Positions 37,142 to 51,420 of a DNA stretch of 64,000 nucleotides are shown here, piece after piece (within the stretch, counting starts at the first letter, position 1; each line of letters begins with the position of its first letter). Under the pieces are notes generated by a model that saw only the letters and a list, made by a program, of their open reading frames with translations, searched no databases and had not been told where the DNA came from. Origin of the DNA: Chrysomallon squamiferum (taxonomy: Eukaryota > Animalia > Mollusca); contig CM022671.1 in the NCBI GenBank assembly GCA_012295275.1, forward strand, positions 14,632,001 through 14,696,000, read 5' to 3'. The position numbers and the translations under genes were made by a program.

Positions 37142-40100
37142 AAGAATATTTATAGGCATTAATCAGATATTTAAATCATGATTTATTTCATCATTGCAGG
37201 TTACTTCAAAATTTGAAATGAGTCCTGTTACTGACAATTCAAATAATCTTGAAGCTGAATGGGAATCCTTTGAAAAAATGATTGGTGGAGAGCAAAGTAA
37301 AGTGGTGTCTGCTGTTCCACCAGTTGGAGTGGCACCACCTGCTTTGCAACCTGTTGTAGAAGACGTACCAATGGATATGGATAGTGGTGAAGATGATACA
37401 ATGCCTATTCTTATGAAAATGACAGGGTCTCCTGGCAAGACCACAAATCATTCTTCCAGAAATTCTTTGTGTTCATCTGAATCAAGAGCTTCATCAGTTG
37501 AATCAGGTTCTGTTTTAAAAGAGTTCACCATTTTATGTGTATTACATTTTACAAAACGTTGTTCTGGTCCAAATGTGACAGACATAGCTTTTTCCCTTAT
37601 TAATATTATCCTTTAAATCGTCGCAGTAGAAATGCAAAAAGCTTTATAATTGGATTAAATTTAATTAGTATATATATTTTCATTCATTTTGAATTTAATA
37701 TGTTTTTATAATTTTTATGTTCAATTAAATCATATAAAATAGTTTTTATTGTTTCTAATATGTATTTTCTATATGTTTTTGTGCTTGTTTTACTTAACAT
37801 TATCAAGTTATATTTATAAGTAGTTACTTTTTTAGTATGTTTTGTCTTTGGACCCATTCCTTTTATTGGAGATGGTTTTGTTAGGGGAGGGTGGGAAAAT
37901 AGAATCAGACTTCATTACACTGTTTTAATCGAAGAACTTTTTCCTTAAGCAAAAAGTAAGGTATACAAAATATATTAATTATTGTATTTTATGAGTATAG
38001 AAATAATAAATGAAAAAATACTCTTTTCACTATAAAAAACAAAACCAAGAATTATATCTTTAATAATGTTTTGTCTGTACCATCTGTAAAAACAAATTGT
38101 TTGCATTGCTTTATCAATGTAGAGAATTTTTTTCTTCTTCTTTTGTTGAGAATTTTTGCCTGACTTTATGTTTTCTTTTCTTCTTTATTAGATAAAAGAA
38201 CAAGTTTGGATGAAGTGCCTGGTGTACATGATCAAGTACTGGAACAGCTGACAAAAAATGGAAATCCTTTAAAGGTAACAGGCAGAAACAAAAGGGAATA
38301 TCTGGTTTATGTTGAACATATTCTTAGTGCTGTTGTTGGCAAACACTGTGTCATGGAAACAATTTCAGAATAATAGGCTAGAGATAAATAATTATTTGTC
38401 ACATTTTTCCATAATCATCCTCAAGAAAAAACTTTAAAACAAAAAGTAGACTAAAGAAGTAAAATAGTGGTTTTGTCCAGAATGAAACAGCATATATACA
38501 TGCTTGACCTGAAGGAAAATTACAGCTATTTAATAAGATGAGGTTGAAACAGATTATTTGGGAGATGTATAATAGTGTCAAAAATCTGAAAACATTGATT
38601 ACCCTAAAATTTTATTAATTCCTTGGCTTTCCATGACACAGTTTCCCCCTCCCCAAGTTAATTATGTGTGGAATAGTTCAGTTCATGAATACTCTGAAGT
38701 TAATGCTAACATTGAAACCTGAAACAATATATAATTACAGTAATAATAAAAAGGTCAGCTTACAAATAAATAGATTATATATCATTGGAGCTTTGGCTCA
38801 TTGAGTCAAAATATTTGTGCTATTCAGCAATTCTAACCAACTACTTGCCATATCATATAGGTACGCTGAGCATCTTATGACCTGGCCGTTATAGCACAGC
38901 AGGTGACAACGGATTTGTTGTCACTTCAGTAAGTCAAGCATCAGGTGAGTAGTTCGAGAGAGGTACTAGTAGTTGGGAAGTGTTTTTGCAAGCGTATCCC
39001 TTGTTCACGTGTATCGGTTGGTTGTCTGGATAAAAACAAGGAGAAATAGATCCAGCAGTTGATGTTTTTTGTGTCAGTTGGTTAGGCATATATCCGTGCA
39101 TCTTATATCTCTTTGTTGATTTGGTTTAGTTGTGTTCAGTCATTTCATAAATGCATAAATATACAAAATGTTGAATACATCATGCTTATAACACTGTTCT
39201 TTAGCAAGAATGTTTATCAGTGGTCCAGTTATTTGGCCATTCAAGACCTTATATTTTTATTTATTTTTAACACATCATTTTGTTCTGGTGTGCAATCCTT
39301 TTGTTATTTCAGTTAAAAAGAAATGTTCCAGAATATTTGTTTCAGAATTATATTTTGAAGTGAACTGTTATATATTTTAGATACTGTTCAGTTAAGAATT
39401 TCTGGTCAGTTTTATATATCCCTAACATATGAATATGTGCTAAATGAAGGAATGGGGAACCGGGATGATTTATAATTGTTAACATTATTAATGATAATTT
39501 AAAAACACTTTTATACAACAAACAAATGTGCTTTGCTGTAATATTTTTATGAAATAAGGAATTCTGTTTTGTAACTTTAAATTATAATTAAAATAAAAAC
39601 TATTAAGTTGTAGTTGTTAACTATGCTGTTGCTGACAGCCACAAGGAGAAATGTTGTGAATGTTGTGAAGAGCCACACTCATCTGTAAGCTATTCAACAT
39701 AGTAATAGTCTTATTATATTATTTTTTGAGAACATAATTTTCCCAGCAGTAGTAAAATGTTCAATTTCTCATGTTTGCAGAATAAATGACTTTAGATAAA
39801 TTTTCAAAAGGTGGAAAATGACATCCAAGAAATTTTATCACAAAATGAAATTGGAAAGTAAATTAATAATTCTAAATGGATAAAATATGTTAAACTTAAT
39901 TATTTGATTCTATTCCTTTTAATTCCTTTAAAAAAAATTAATATAAAACCCCCCGGGCTAAAACAACATCAACATTTCCAAATTCATATACCTTTGAACA
40001 GTATACCACAGTTGAACTGATATACTGCATTTGATATATATGGTTTGATAAATGTAATAAACTGAAATAACTGCACACACATTTTCTGCGATGGCAAACT

Positions 40101-42994
40101 TTCAGTTATTTTATCTTCTGCTGTGCTAGAGTTTGTCTTGAAATACTAGAAAATCTGCTTTTGATTATAAAAATCTATTCTGTTTTTTTGAAAAACCCTG
40201 TTGTATTATTTTATAGATATGGATGATTTTTAAAACATTTCACAGTGTAATGTTAATGTATATAGAATGCTGCTAGAAGGATATTTAATTTAATTCCTTT
40301 TTTTTTCAGGATGAACTCCCTACAAAGTTTTTATCAACATCAAGATCAAGGTCAAGGTCAGCCTCCATAGAGCAAAATAGCAAATCAGGGTCAAAGTCAC
40401 GTTCTAATTCTCTGTCATCAGAAAATTCTAATTCAAGATCTCCATCACCAAAAGGACACAGATCACGATCAAGGTCACAGTCACGAGACAGGAAACGACG
40501 AGGTTCAGAGGTGATAATTTATTAATATGAACAGTTTCTTTTTCAATCTTCTGACTGCTGTAATACAGTTCAGTAACTTAAAATCCTAAAGTGATAACTC
40601 TAAGGAAATATTCCTACATTTTTTTAATTTTTTTTTTTAAGTGTGTTTTTAGTTATCTTCAGTCAAACTTGGCAACAGTTATATACAAGTAACACCTTTG
40701 GCTGTGAGGTTGGTCTTAAGTTAATGCAGGGATCAGGGGGTTTTAATGTTACATTTATACCTTATGACTCGTTAAATAGTTTTCCATCCATGAAGTTTTA
40801 TATATGTGTAAAGTTTTTGTTTTTTTTAAAGAAAAGACACCGTCGTAGTAGAAGCAGATCCTATAACAAAAAACGACATTCATCCAGAGAAAGGAGACAT
40901 CACAAAGACAGACATAGGAGAAGAAGCCATAGCAAAGACAGGAAGTACAGCAGAAGTAAAGGGCATAAGAGGAGTCGAAGTAGAGATAGAAAAAGAAGCC
41001 GGTCAAGAGAAAGAAAACGAAGCAGAAGCAAAAGTCACGATAAGCAAACTGGTTCAGGCAGAGGTAAGGAAAGAAGACGAAGCAGAGACAGAAAACATAG
41101 TCGAAGTAGAAGTAGAGAGAGGCGAAGAAGCAGAAGTAGAGAGAGAAGATACAGATCAAGGCGATACAGTCGAAGTAGAAGCAGAGATCGTAGCAGAAGT
41201 CTCAGTTACGAAAAAGAAAGTCCTCGAGTGACAAGAGCTCATGTTCCTGCAAAGAATAAACCCGTTAACTTTAAAGAGAAGATGAGACAGCAGCTATTTA
41301 ATGCCAGCAAACTGCTTGCAGAGCAAGGAACATCTGCAGATGGTGAAGAAAGAGGTAATTTTCTGTAAACACTTTAATAGAATAAGTATGCATATTTTTA
41401 CCACTAATACAACAACTATTACTATACCCTATAAATGTAATTTCTTTTGATATGTATAGTTACTAAATATGTTCTAAATTTTAAATAAAATAAAATTATT
41501 ATTACATTTAATGATCTTTTACCATTAGATTTCCTTCTTTTTGTAGAAAGTCAGAAAGATAAAATAGCAAAACTGGATGCCAGTGCTATATATAAGAATA
41601 TGTCTGGTGTAACACCTCAGATGGCGTTACTTCAAACAATGGCTGCCATGCATCAAAAGGTTTGTCTGCTATCTATCTGTGTGTATGTGTGTGTGTGTGT
41701 GGAATTTATGAATAAAGAGAAAGTGGTTCTGAAATAATTTCCTTGAATTTGTATAATGATGATACACAATGGAACAAAAAATCATTTAAGTAATGCCTCG
41801 CTCACTGTGTATGCCCATGTATTATTTAACTTAATGAGGATTGTGAAGATGTTGATGCATATCTCTGAAAAATTGATACTTTACTTGATCCCATGTTTGT
41901 GTGGTTTTAGTAAGTATTAATTCCAGTAAGTACTAATTAGCCATATACTATATTACATATTGGTGTAAACCTTTAATTTCTTTGTTAACAGGCACAAGAA
42001 ATAACAGGTGTGGCTGTACCCAAGTATTACAATCCAGCTGCTGTGAATCCTCTCAAATATGCTGAACAGGTTCAGAAAAGGAAATTACTTTGGTCGAAAA
42101 ACAAAGAAAAGAAACAGGTAACTTAATTAGTCTAGATGTGTGGTTCTATTTTGTGTTATATTTGACTATTAGAAGAAAATTGTAAATATGAAGTTGCCTA
42201 CCAAAATAAATAGGTATCACTTAGCATTAAAAGATAAACTAAAAAGATCGATCAAATGATTTTGAGATTTAAATTCAACATAGAACTGCCATAGTTGTTC
42301 ACTATCAGTTTTTAACTTCAATATTAAGAAATTATAAATGACCAAAAATTATTATTTTTTTCGATTCAGAATTGCAACAAGTATTTAAAAAACAAGAACT
42401 TTTTATTCCATTATAACATGCTCACAAATTCAACAGAGATAAAAAAAAATTATTCTACAATTGCTTTTATGATATGGTATAAATTTATAGCTTTTTTTTT
42501 AAAAAAATTTTGTTTTTTTAAATTTTAAAAATAATTTACAACATTATACTTAAAATGACAAATTTATTTCAGTAAGCAGGAAATCTATTTTTATTCTTCA
42601 CTGCTATTTTAAATATATAAAACATTACATATGTTACATTATGAATGAGATACATGTTACATTATGAATGAGATACATGTTACATTATAAATGAGATATG
42701 CTACTTTTTTTTTTCCACCAGGAAACTGAAAATGCTGGTCAGTGGCAGGCTACTGCCTTCATCTCTGATAATGATGGAAAAATGAATGCCAAATTCCGAA
42801 AGTTGATGGGAATGAAGAATGATAATGAACCTGCAGTAGACGAGGGAAAGGTTAAGGAATTAGAGGAAATAAAAAAGAAACAAGAGGAACTGTTTTATCA
42901 CTTGGACAAGGAATATGAATTTGCTAGGATGACAACTCATACTCAGAGAGGTGTGGGTTTGGGCTTCGGTTCACAGGCTTTTACACACCAGTGA
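36662..42994 (+). CDS. RSRC2: Arginine/serine-rich coiled-coil protein 2 (RS domain, C-terminal SMAP-like domain)
   Basis: Exons 36662-36730, 37200-37506, 38192-38274, 40310-40510, 40832-41354, 41547-41659, 41992-42117, 42722-42994, all in phase. Motifs GVAVPKYYNPAAVNPLKYAEQVQKRKLLW, KFRKLMGMK and YEFARMTTHTQRGVGLGF. Confidence 0.93.
37059..37140. repeat. (TAA)n trinucleotide microsatellite
   Basis: Visible directly. Confidence 0.95.
38345..38642. mobile_element. Candidate ~300-bp MITE
   Basis: 15-bp perfect inverted termini actgtgtcatggaaa (38345-38359) / tttccatgacacagt (38628-38642); no clear TSD. Confidence 0.4.
38861..38944 (+). other. Candidate poison (PTC) cassette exon in RSRC2 intron 3
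   Basis: Branch-like TTCTAAC at 38831, tag| acceptor, in-frame GTA CGC TGA, consensus donor CAG|GTGAGT. Confidence 0.6.
42630..42697. repeat. 23-bp tandem repeat x3
   Basis: atgttacattatgaatgagatac repeated. Confidence 0.85.
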
Positions 42995-44339
42995 CAGAAT
43001 GAAATAAATTATTTAAAAAATAAAGAAAATGATAATTCATGTTCCTTGAGAAAAAAGTTCACATCTTATTAATTAGGATCGAGTTAGTTTTTTTTGTTTA
43101 TAATTTGAATGTTAACAGATTTTCAAATTCAACTTCAGAAGTGTGTACTGTGTGTTACATTCATAAACTTCTTCAAAGAGGAAAACCTCTACTAAAATTC
43201 TCAAATTCAAGTTAACAACAATAACATAAACACAACAGCATGGTTTGCTTTACATTTGATTATTTTTTTGTATTATACAACATGAGGCACAAAAAGAGAT
43301 GACCTATTTTCCAAGGTTAGTTCCCAGTATGTGTATAATTGTTTATTTTTTTCAAGTTTTAATGATGGGTAATTTTACTAGTAAATTTATTTTACTCATT
43401 TGCCATTAAATGACTTCAACCAGATATTTGTGATAAAAAGTTGTAAACTGGAAAGTGCTTTGTAAATTGTAGAATGTTGTATATAGCTACGCATACATTT
43501 TTTGCTTGTTTCAATTCCCTGTAATTGGTACCAGACAGCTAAATATCTAAATGGCATTTCCTTCTTTATTTCAAAAAAAATAGATTGTGAAAAGTAATTT
43601 CTTCTTGTGGTTTGTTTCAGGTCATCATTTTATTTTTTTGGTTCATTTTAAAAATGATACCTGTATAAATCTAAACGTGGAATTAAAAGAAAAAAATGTT
43701 TCTTTTTCTTTTTGATGAACATACTGCATCTGTTGACTGGCCTAATTGCAGGGCTTTAACTAAGTATGAATGTTGATGTGTACATGTATAGATTTCATAA
43801 ATTCTTTTCTTCAATTGTTTCAGTATGTATGTACTGTTTTCAAAAATAAAAATTAAAGAAATTGATCAAAAATTCTTTTCTGTTGCACATCTAGGTTAAG
43901 AATTATCAAAACCATTTATTCTGACCTGTATGGGATAACGGAGAATGACAATTTTCTGAGATGACAGAATGCTAGTAGAAAAAACTAACTTTACCAACAT
44001 TTCCACCAGTGATCCATGTACATGCACGTACAGTTTTAAGATTATAGAAAAACACAAAAGAACTTATTTTTCAATATATTATTTATGAATAAAAACAAAA
44101 ACCATTCTTATTTGTCTTAAGCAAATTCATACACATTCTTTCTACATTCATAAAGAAATGCTAAAATAAATACGCTATTTTTTCTTTAATCCAGAACTTC
44201 AAGGAACAAAGCTAAGTTCATTAAATGTGTCGTATGCACGTAGTTCTTAACCCCTTTAAACGAAAAAAAAAAAATTGATTTCAAGACAGAAAACATTTTA
44301 AAAAAAGGAGTATTTTACTGCAATAAATAAATTTTTCCA

Positions 44340-47300
44340 TTAAAGATCATCTTCTGTGACTCCATGAACTGCTAACTCGAGGGTAACATTGTCCAGATAA
44401 TTTGGATCTGGGTAACCATGTCCACTTGCATTTGTGCCAAATTCAGTCTTGTGATGTATTTCATTCCATGTGACAGTTTCACTTTCCCCCGTTGTTGTCG
44501 ATGTACCAACTGTGAACATCAGTCTCCTTTTCCAGGCAATTATCAACAACTGTAATACCTGTAATAAGGAATCTTAAGTTTACATTTATTAAAAAACTAA
44601 AAATATAAATGAAATCAATATTTTGGATGGGAATGGTAAATTAAGTAATGAATGATTATTAGTTAATTTGGGATAAATTATCTTAAACAATATTGTTATT
44701 TTATGCTAGCTGTTATAATCTTAAAATAAGCACAGAGTTTTGATTTATAAAAACTGTAAATAACTGAATAATTTATTTTTGTAAATGAGATATTTTTAAA
44801 GTTTATTTTTCATTTCATTTTATTTTATTATTTGTTTAATATTAGTTTAAAAAAAACTATCTAAATAATAACAAAAATAATAACTGGTTAGTTGCTTAAA
44901 TTTTAGATGTGTTTTAACAATACCTTTCTGCCCTGGTCATTGTTGGGAAGGAATGCAACTCTAGGAAAAGCACGAGCATTATACTGATGTCCTGGATTGG
45001 GATGTTCTGGACCCTTATGTACGTTAAAAGCAAAACTTCTTAGTAAAGTAATAATGCAAATAAGAGCTCTATAACACACATAGACATAACAATACACTTC
45101 AGATTTGTAGAAGCTAAGTACATAATTTAAAATCTTTGCTGAAAATGAATTTTACAGTTTGATAAACAGTCATTTATATTAACCTGTTATGAAATATTTA
45201 TAATAATTAGTATCGATCGGAATAGTAAATACATTATTTTGCTGCTTTTTTTTTTTAACAACAGATTTAGCATTAAAATACATCCAAATTATAATAAACA
45301 AAAGTTATGGAAATAAATGGTTGCTCCTGACGGTCTATATGGAAGCATTTTTAACTATTAAACAAGCCTGTTAAATTCTAGATACAATCTTTATATTCAG
45401 ACATGCATATGTGTGTGTGTATTTGTGTTTATTTACACATATTCATATATATATATATATATGTACACACATACACATACACTTAATAAAAAAATGAACA
45501 TGTTGATAATATTTACCTGGATGCCAGGTCTGATGTTATATGAAATTCTGATTGTGTGGTGGTCAGGATAACCAGGAAGACTGTTTGGTATAACATGAAA
45601 CTCCATTTCACCAGGAGGACAATTCCCATACCTTTCTCCGTAAATCATTTTGCAGCTGGGGCACTGGATACTATCATCCTTTAGGAAAAAAAAAAAGTCA
45701 AATGTACCAATGAAAAAAATAAACATCAAACAGTGATCATAACAGAAAAGAATTCAAACTACAGAGATTCATAAGAGTTTTAATATTATAAAAACATAAA
45801 TATTAATGTAGAGAATTAAATAAATTGTTTAATGATTGTTTTAAGAACAAATTTACTATGGTAGAAGTAGATGATACTCTGTTATTAGACACAGATCCAT
45901 TAAAAACTATAATTTTAGTAAACCAGAAATCCTATCAAACTTGACATATTTGAAGTGTTATTTATATATAATAATATATATATATATATATTTTTTTTTT
46001 TTTACTTCTGTTGCTTAGAAGACTACAGAACTTTTTGCAGGTACTTTCTAACAGGAAGGTATGCAAAACATGTTTGGATAACATAAACCAGAACATTAAG
46101 AGAGATATGTTCCAAATAATTTTTTTTTTTATCTCACTTAAATGAAATACCTCTTCACAGCTACAGACACACAAACCAGCATGTTTGTATGTGTGTCAGT
46201 GTGTGTGTACATATATACATTAACTTTACAAACATAATACAACATTAAAATATTTATACTGCACATTTAGTCGTATTTGTAAACAAATAAACCCTGTGCA
46301 GTATTCCTCACCTTTGGACCACTATTGTACATAGCATACACACACTGTCGGTGGAATGTGTGATCACATTTCTTGAAACTGATCACCCGTTCCTCGTTTG
46401 AATATTTGTTTTCATCTCCATAACTTGACTCCTCTAGCAGTGTGTCATAGCATATACAGCAATTCTGATAAAAAAATAAATATTTATAAAATTTATAGTG
46501 ACCTGATTCTTAGCCTGGAACATATTCCTGCAAGTTTTTGCCTTATTCACTGATTAATAAAAATGATCAAATATTTATCATAGCGCAGGTCTTCTTTTTA
46601 TCATAATTTATTTTATTTATTTATTTTCTTGTGTGTATCTTTTATATACTTTTTTCCAGTAGCAAATTTTAAAAAAAATAACACATTTCCTATAGAATGT
46701 TGTGTTACAAATAATCTAAACACTTTTTCATGCTTTTAAAGTATTCAGCCCCTAATACATTTGTTATTTTTGCATTCTGGAAGAACCCTATTTATTAAAT
46801 GAGACTAGTTATTTAGAATAATCAAGATTGAAGTTACTTAAATACTGTCAATTTAATGTTGTAGTATTTATATAAATTAATAAAATATACCAAGCAGATT
46901 ACTGTAATGTTTGACAAAAAGTTTATAAAAAATAAAAATAAATAATTAAATCCTGAAACAAACCTCATCTGGTTTAGGATGTGGTACATTTTTAACAAAT
47001 TTTTTCAGCACTTCTTCAGCAGTTTTGCCTGTAATGACAAAATAAAATGAGTATTTGTCTTTCACTAAATATTAATTAGTCTTTACCACTGCTTAGATAT
47101 ATTTGAAAACATTTTCATGCTTTTTCTCCATTTTTCTCTTTTGTTTTTTACCAGTACAGAAATTTTGTGATTTATATCAACAGTACATTTTATTTTTTTA
47201 TTTTTTTTAAATCACACATAAAAAGTAGAAAAAAGGTTTAATATTTGTACAGCTAAGTGGACCACAATGTATGCCATACAAATTAAGTGAAAGAGGAAAA

Positions 47301-48336
47301 AATAGGTTTGATCAAATGGTTTCTTTGTCAATATTTAACTGTTATGCATTTTTTTTATCTAAGGGTTAAATTAAAAAATTTGTTTACACCAATTTTAGGT
47401 AGCTCCAAAATAATACTTTTAGTTGAAAACATAATGTCTTTGGAATTTCTGTTTGCTATTTCATTTAGAATTTTTGTTAACTAAGGGTTAAATTAAAAAC
47501 TGTTTAAACCAAAGTTGCAAAGTGTTATTTTGGAGTTATTTCATTTAGAAGTGTTTTAATAAGTATTAAAAGAGTCAAGCATATGGCAATCCACAGGATC
47601 ATTGCATAATGTTTGGTAATCAGTACCCATAAATGGTAACATGTAGTTTACCACCTGTAATGTTTTAGAGTTTAACTTTTTATCATCACACAGCTTTCAG
47701 ATTACAATCAATTTAAACCCTAATAAGATCTTACTTTTCTTTTTACTGCGCTTGCCTAAAACAATTCGTCCATTGCAATAAAAACTTTCCTCTGGTGGAA
47801 ATGATGAAGATGGTGATGAAAATATCTGTACTGGACCATCTGAAAAGTCAGAACTGCATTTTTAAACAGCTTAAAAAAAACAAAAAAACAAAAACATATG
47901 CATTCTAAAATTTCAATTTATAATCAGTTAATAAAATGAATAGAAAATAAGTTTAACAAACATACATCTCTTGACAAAACATACTTACTTGAAATTCCGT
48001 TCAGTCCAACATTTGTCATACTAGATAAATAACAAAAAAAATAAATAAAAGAAATGTTTCAGTTGCAATTTAAAACATTAAAGAGAAATAATAAATTTAC
48101 ATATCTACCAATGTAAGTGCAAATAAAATGTTAATATGTCTTTGTTTTAATTAATGATTGCTAACAGGACTGGGGTAAAAAAGAAAAACATAAGAAAAAA
48201 CACAAAAAACAGCAACATTAAAAATGTTAATTAATTAATTGCTAATATTTCCTGTATAAATATTTTATTAAAAAAAAGTAATAATAATAAATAATTACTA
48301 TTATTTTATAGTAAACTAGTGATAGTCAGGATAGTG

Positions 48337-48368
<32 letters not shown>

Positions 48369-50461
48369 ACAGAAGAATTAACCCAACAGATTTTGGTTTA
48401 TATTCATAATCAAATTTATAAAAGTAACAACAAGTGAGAGTATTTTTTAATATAAATTGCTTACCTTGACTGTGAAACATACGACAAGTAAGAGTTTGGT
48501 ATTCCTCCTTGAACGGATGACTGTGGTATGAAAAACGAATTTGATAATGATGGTCCTGGATTATGCAATACTTGGGAAGTTGGCATTAAAGTCTGGAAAT
48601 TGTTGTGAGAGGAAATCTGCAGATTATTTAACCTGTTTGGTAGCATTTGTAACGTCTGATTAACCTGATAATTTGTTGAAGAGTTTTGATGTAAAAATAC
48701 ATTCTGTGATTTCTGCAGCAACTGAGGCACAGGTCCTGAGACAAAACTATTGTACAACCTCCCTGTCAGTGGCTGCTGAAAACCTGACGGAACAAAAGAT
48801 GGGCTCTGAGGAGATGAAGACGACTGGGCAGATGTAAACAGAGCCATATTACTATTTTTCGGAGAAAGCAAATCCAATGGGGACAGTCCACCTGAACCGG
48901 AGGGAACACTCACAGCTGATTTTGACAAATCTTTCTTCATCTTTTTGCTGCATCCTAGATCATTTGAATCAGCTGGCCTTCGTTTGCCACTCATGTTTAC
49001 TGGATTCTTCTGAGCTACAGTTAAATTAGTTTGCACATTTTCTGACAAAGGATACGGTATCTGAAGTGTATGTCTGCGAATTAATCGTATCTTACCGGTT
49101 TCAATTCGTATCTGTTCCATTGCACTCAAATTAATATAATATGGTAGTTTGAAGGGTGAAGTCCTCAAGTCAACAAAATTCTGACCATTGATATACAATG
49201 TTTCTAAATATTTTCCAACATCAAAATCATACATAACCCAGTTTCCAGATGAATCTCCTGAAAACTGCCATACAATCTGATTGCCATTTATACTGATTAT
49301 ATGGCTATTTACTCTTCTCACTGGATAAGAATTACCTGGGGAAATAATAATATATTTAAAATATAAACAGATAATCATAATGTTATGTCCATATCTCATA
49401 CATTTTAATAATTTGTAACTGATCACAAAATCTTTCACACATCCTGACTTAATTAATCAAATAATCAAGATAATTAACAAATTAACCTATGCCTTGTCAA
49501 CACAAATTTTACTGAATATTTTTCTATGATTTGTTGTTCTACTACTAGTCCAAGTGGAAATGTTATTTTTGAGAATTATTTTATCAGTGCTTGCAAAAAG
49601 GATTACCTTACAGTTTTGGAAAGATTATGTTTTTAATTATTTTTAAATTGATTAGACCAATTGAAAAAAAAAAAAAAAAAAATTACAATTCAGACTTGCA
49701 TAAAGGAAGTTTATCATTTGAAAGCTTATTATGTGATGTTTAGACCCATGGAACAGAAACAGAATAGTGTCATATGTGTGTTTTACTATTTAAATTGCAT
49801 TGATGAAGCAGATGTATTATTACAGGTGACTATTGCAATTTTCTTGGAATGTCATTCATAATATAAATAGTTTTATATACATGTTATTTGTTCTATAGTC
49901 CCCAGAACTATGCTTAAATCATTTTAAAGAGGTTATGTGCGATATCGTGTATTTTGGGCAGAATCCTTACCGGGTGAAATAACAGGAATTTATGTTGTCT
50001 AATTTAAGTATCTGTATTTCCAGTAGCAGCATAATAATAAACAACACTAGAAGAAAAATAAAAATATTATCGTAGTAAAATATTAACAAAACCTCCCCTA
50101 ATCAAAACTGCAAGATTAATTAAAATATATAATATATCATATCGACATAGATACATACACACACACAATCAACATAATATTGATATTATTTATTATTATA
50201 ATAACAGTATGCAAAATGATGTTGTTAGCGTTCTTGTCGCTTCTTACCTGTTCCTTGTCGTATCTGACACATCTTATTAAAGTCTATTATGTATTTAGAC
50301 AGAGATGACTGAACTACTCCGGGATTAATTCGTGATGTTTTACCATAATGCTGTTCAATATACAGAACTAGTTCAGGCTCATAAGCTTTCCACCGCCTAA
50401 ATTCTGACATCCATTCCCAGACGATTATAGAAACGTCTGAAACCGATTTTCCAGTCGCCAT
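44340..50461 (-). CDS. DTX: Deltex E3 ubiquitin ligase (WWE-WWE, RING-H2, DTC)
   Basis: Exons 50461-50248, 49335-48465, 48020-47989, 47839-47735, 47028-46964, 46464-46312, 45678-45517, 45013-44924, 44558-44340, in phase. WWE motifs ([14 protein letters not shown]; [16 protein letters not shown]), [25 protein letters not shown] motifs [38 protein letters not shown]. Confidence 0.96.
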
Positions 50462-51138
50462 TTTTGTTTACATCTACGTTAGACTGATTTCCGACAATAT
50501 AAATATTCGTTAGGTAGAAACCGATTATTTTATCGTTTTTATATTTCCGCCTTTTGTTGTTTACACTACTGTATTTTAGGCCCAAATGAACAGTATTTAT
50601 AAATTAAACATATTTTGTATATACTTCTATGCTATAATTTTATTTGTTTGGGCAAAAACGAAATATTTCTTCTAAAAATAGTTTTATATTAATGATTCTG
50701 TTACAAAAGTTTCTAGCTGTCTTTCGTATTTTAAATTGTTGTCGTGACGTCATTTCGTTTAGCAATAATCCCCGTGTAAATGTAACAGAAATATCAATGC
50801 TTTATCATCTGATTAACTTATCGAATTAATTGTTTCATAAAGCTAGAAAACTCAATCCATTTCCAGTATCTAGTATTATTAACTTTTCAGAATTTTCCAA
50901 CTTTTATAAACTCTACTCTGTCAATTATATCACTTTCTAAATTAAATTTTATTTCATAACGGAATAATTTCATATCGAGTTAAAAGAACAGGTCAAGAGA
51001 CTTGCAAAGTTATTATATTATACAAAAACATGTTTCTGGAATTTTGTCATTAGTTTTTTTCATACAAATTTTAGTTTTATTTTTTATAATATTATTTTAT
51101 TTTATTTTATTTCTTAGGTCAAAATATAAATTACGCTA

Positions 51139-51187
<49 letters not shown>

Positions 51188-51420
51188 GTTTTGCAGATTA
51201 TTTCAATTTAATATTTTATTATTAATAATTAAAAATGGATGGCTTAACTAATTTAGTTTCACAACTTAATAATCTTTATTATTATTTTTTGTTATTTTTC
51301 TTTTTTCCTTTTATATTAATTATTTGTTTCTTTTCTTTTTTCCTCCTTTTCTGGATTACCCATAATGCATTTACATTCTTGTATCGAAGGAATGGCTACC
51401 TTCGAAGCTGTGTTGTTAAG
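50462..51420. promoter_or_regulatory. Divergent promoter region DTX/CCDC92 with probable CCDC92 5' UTR exon
   Basis: YY1-like AAAATGGCG overlapping the DTX ATG, CRE TGACGTCA at ~50745, possible donor AAG|GTAAAG at 51420. Confidence 0.45.
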
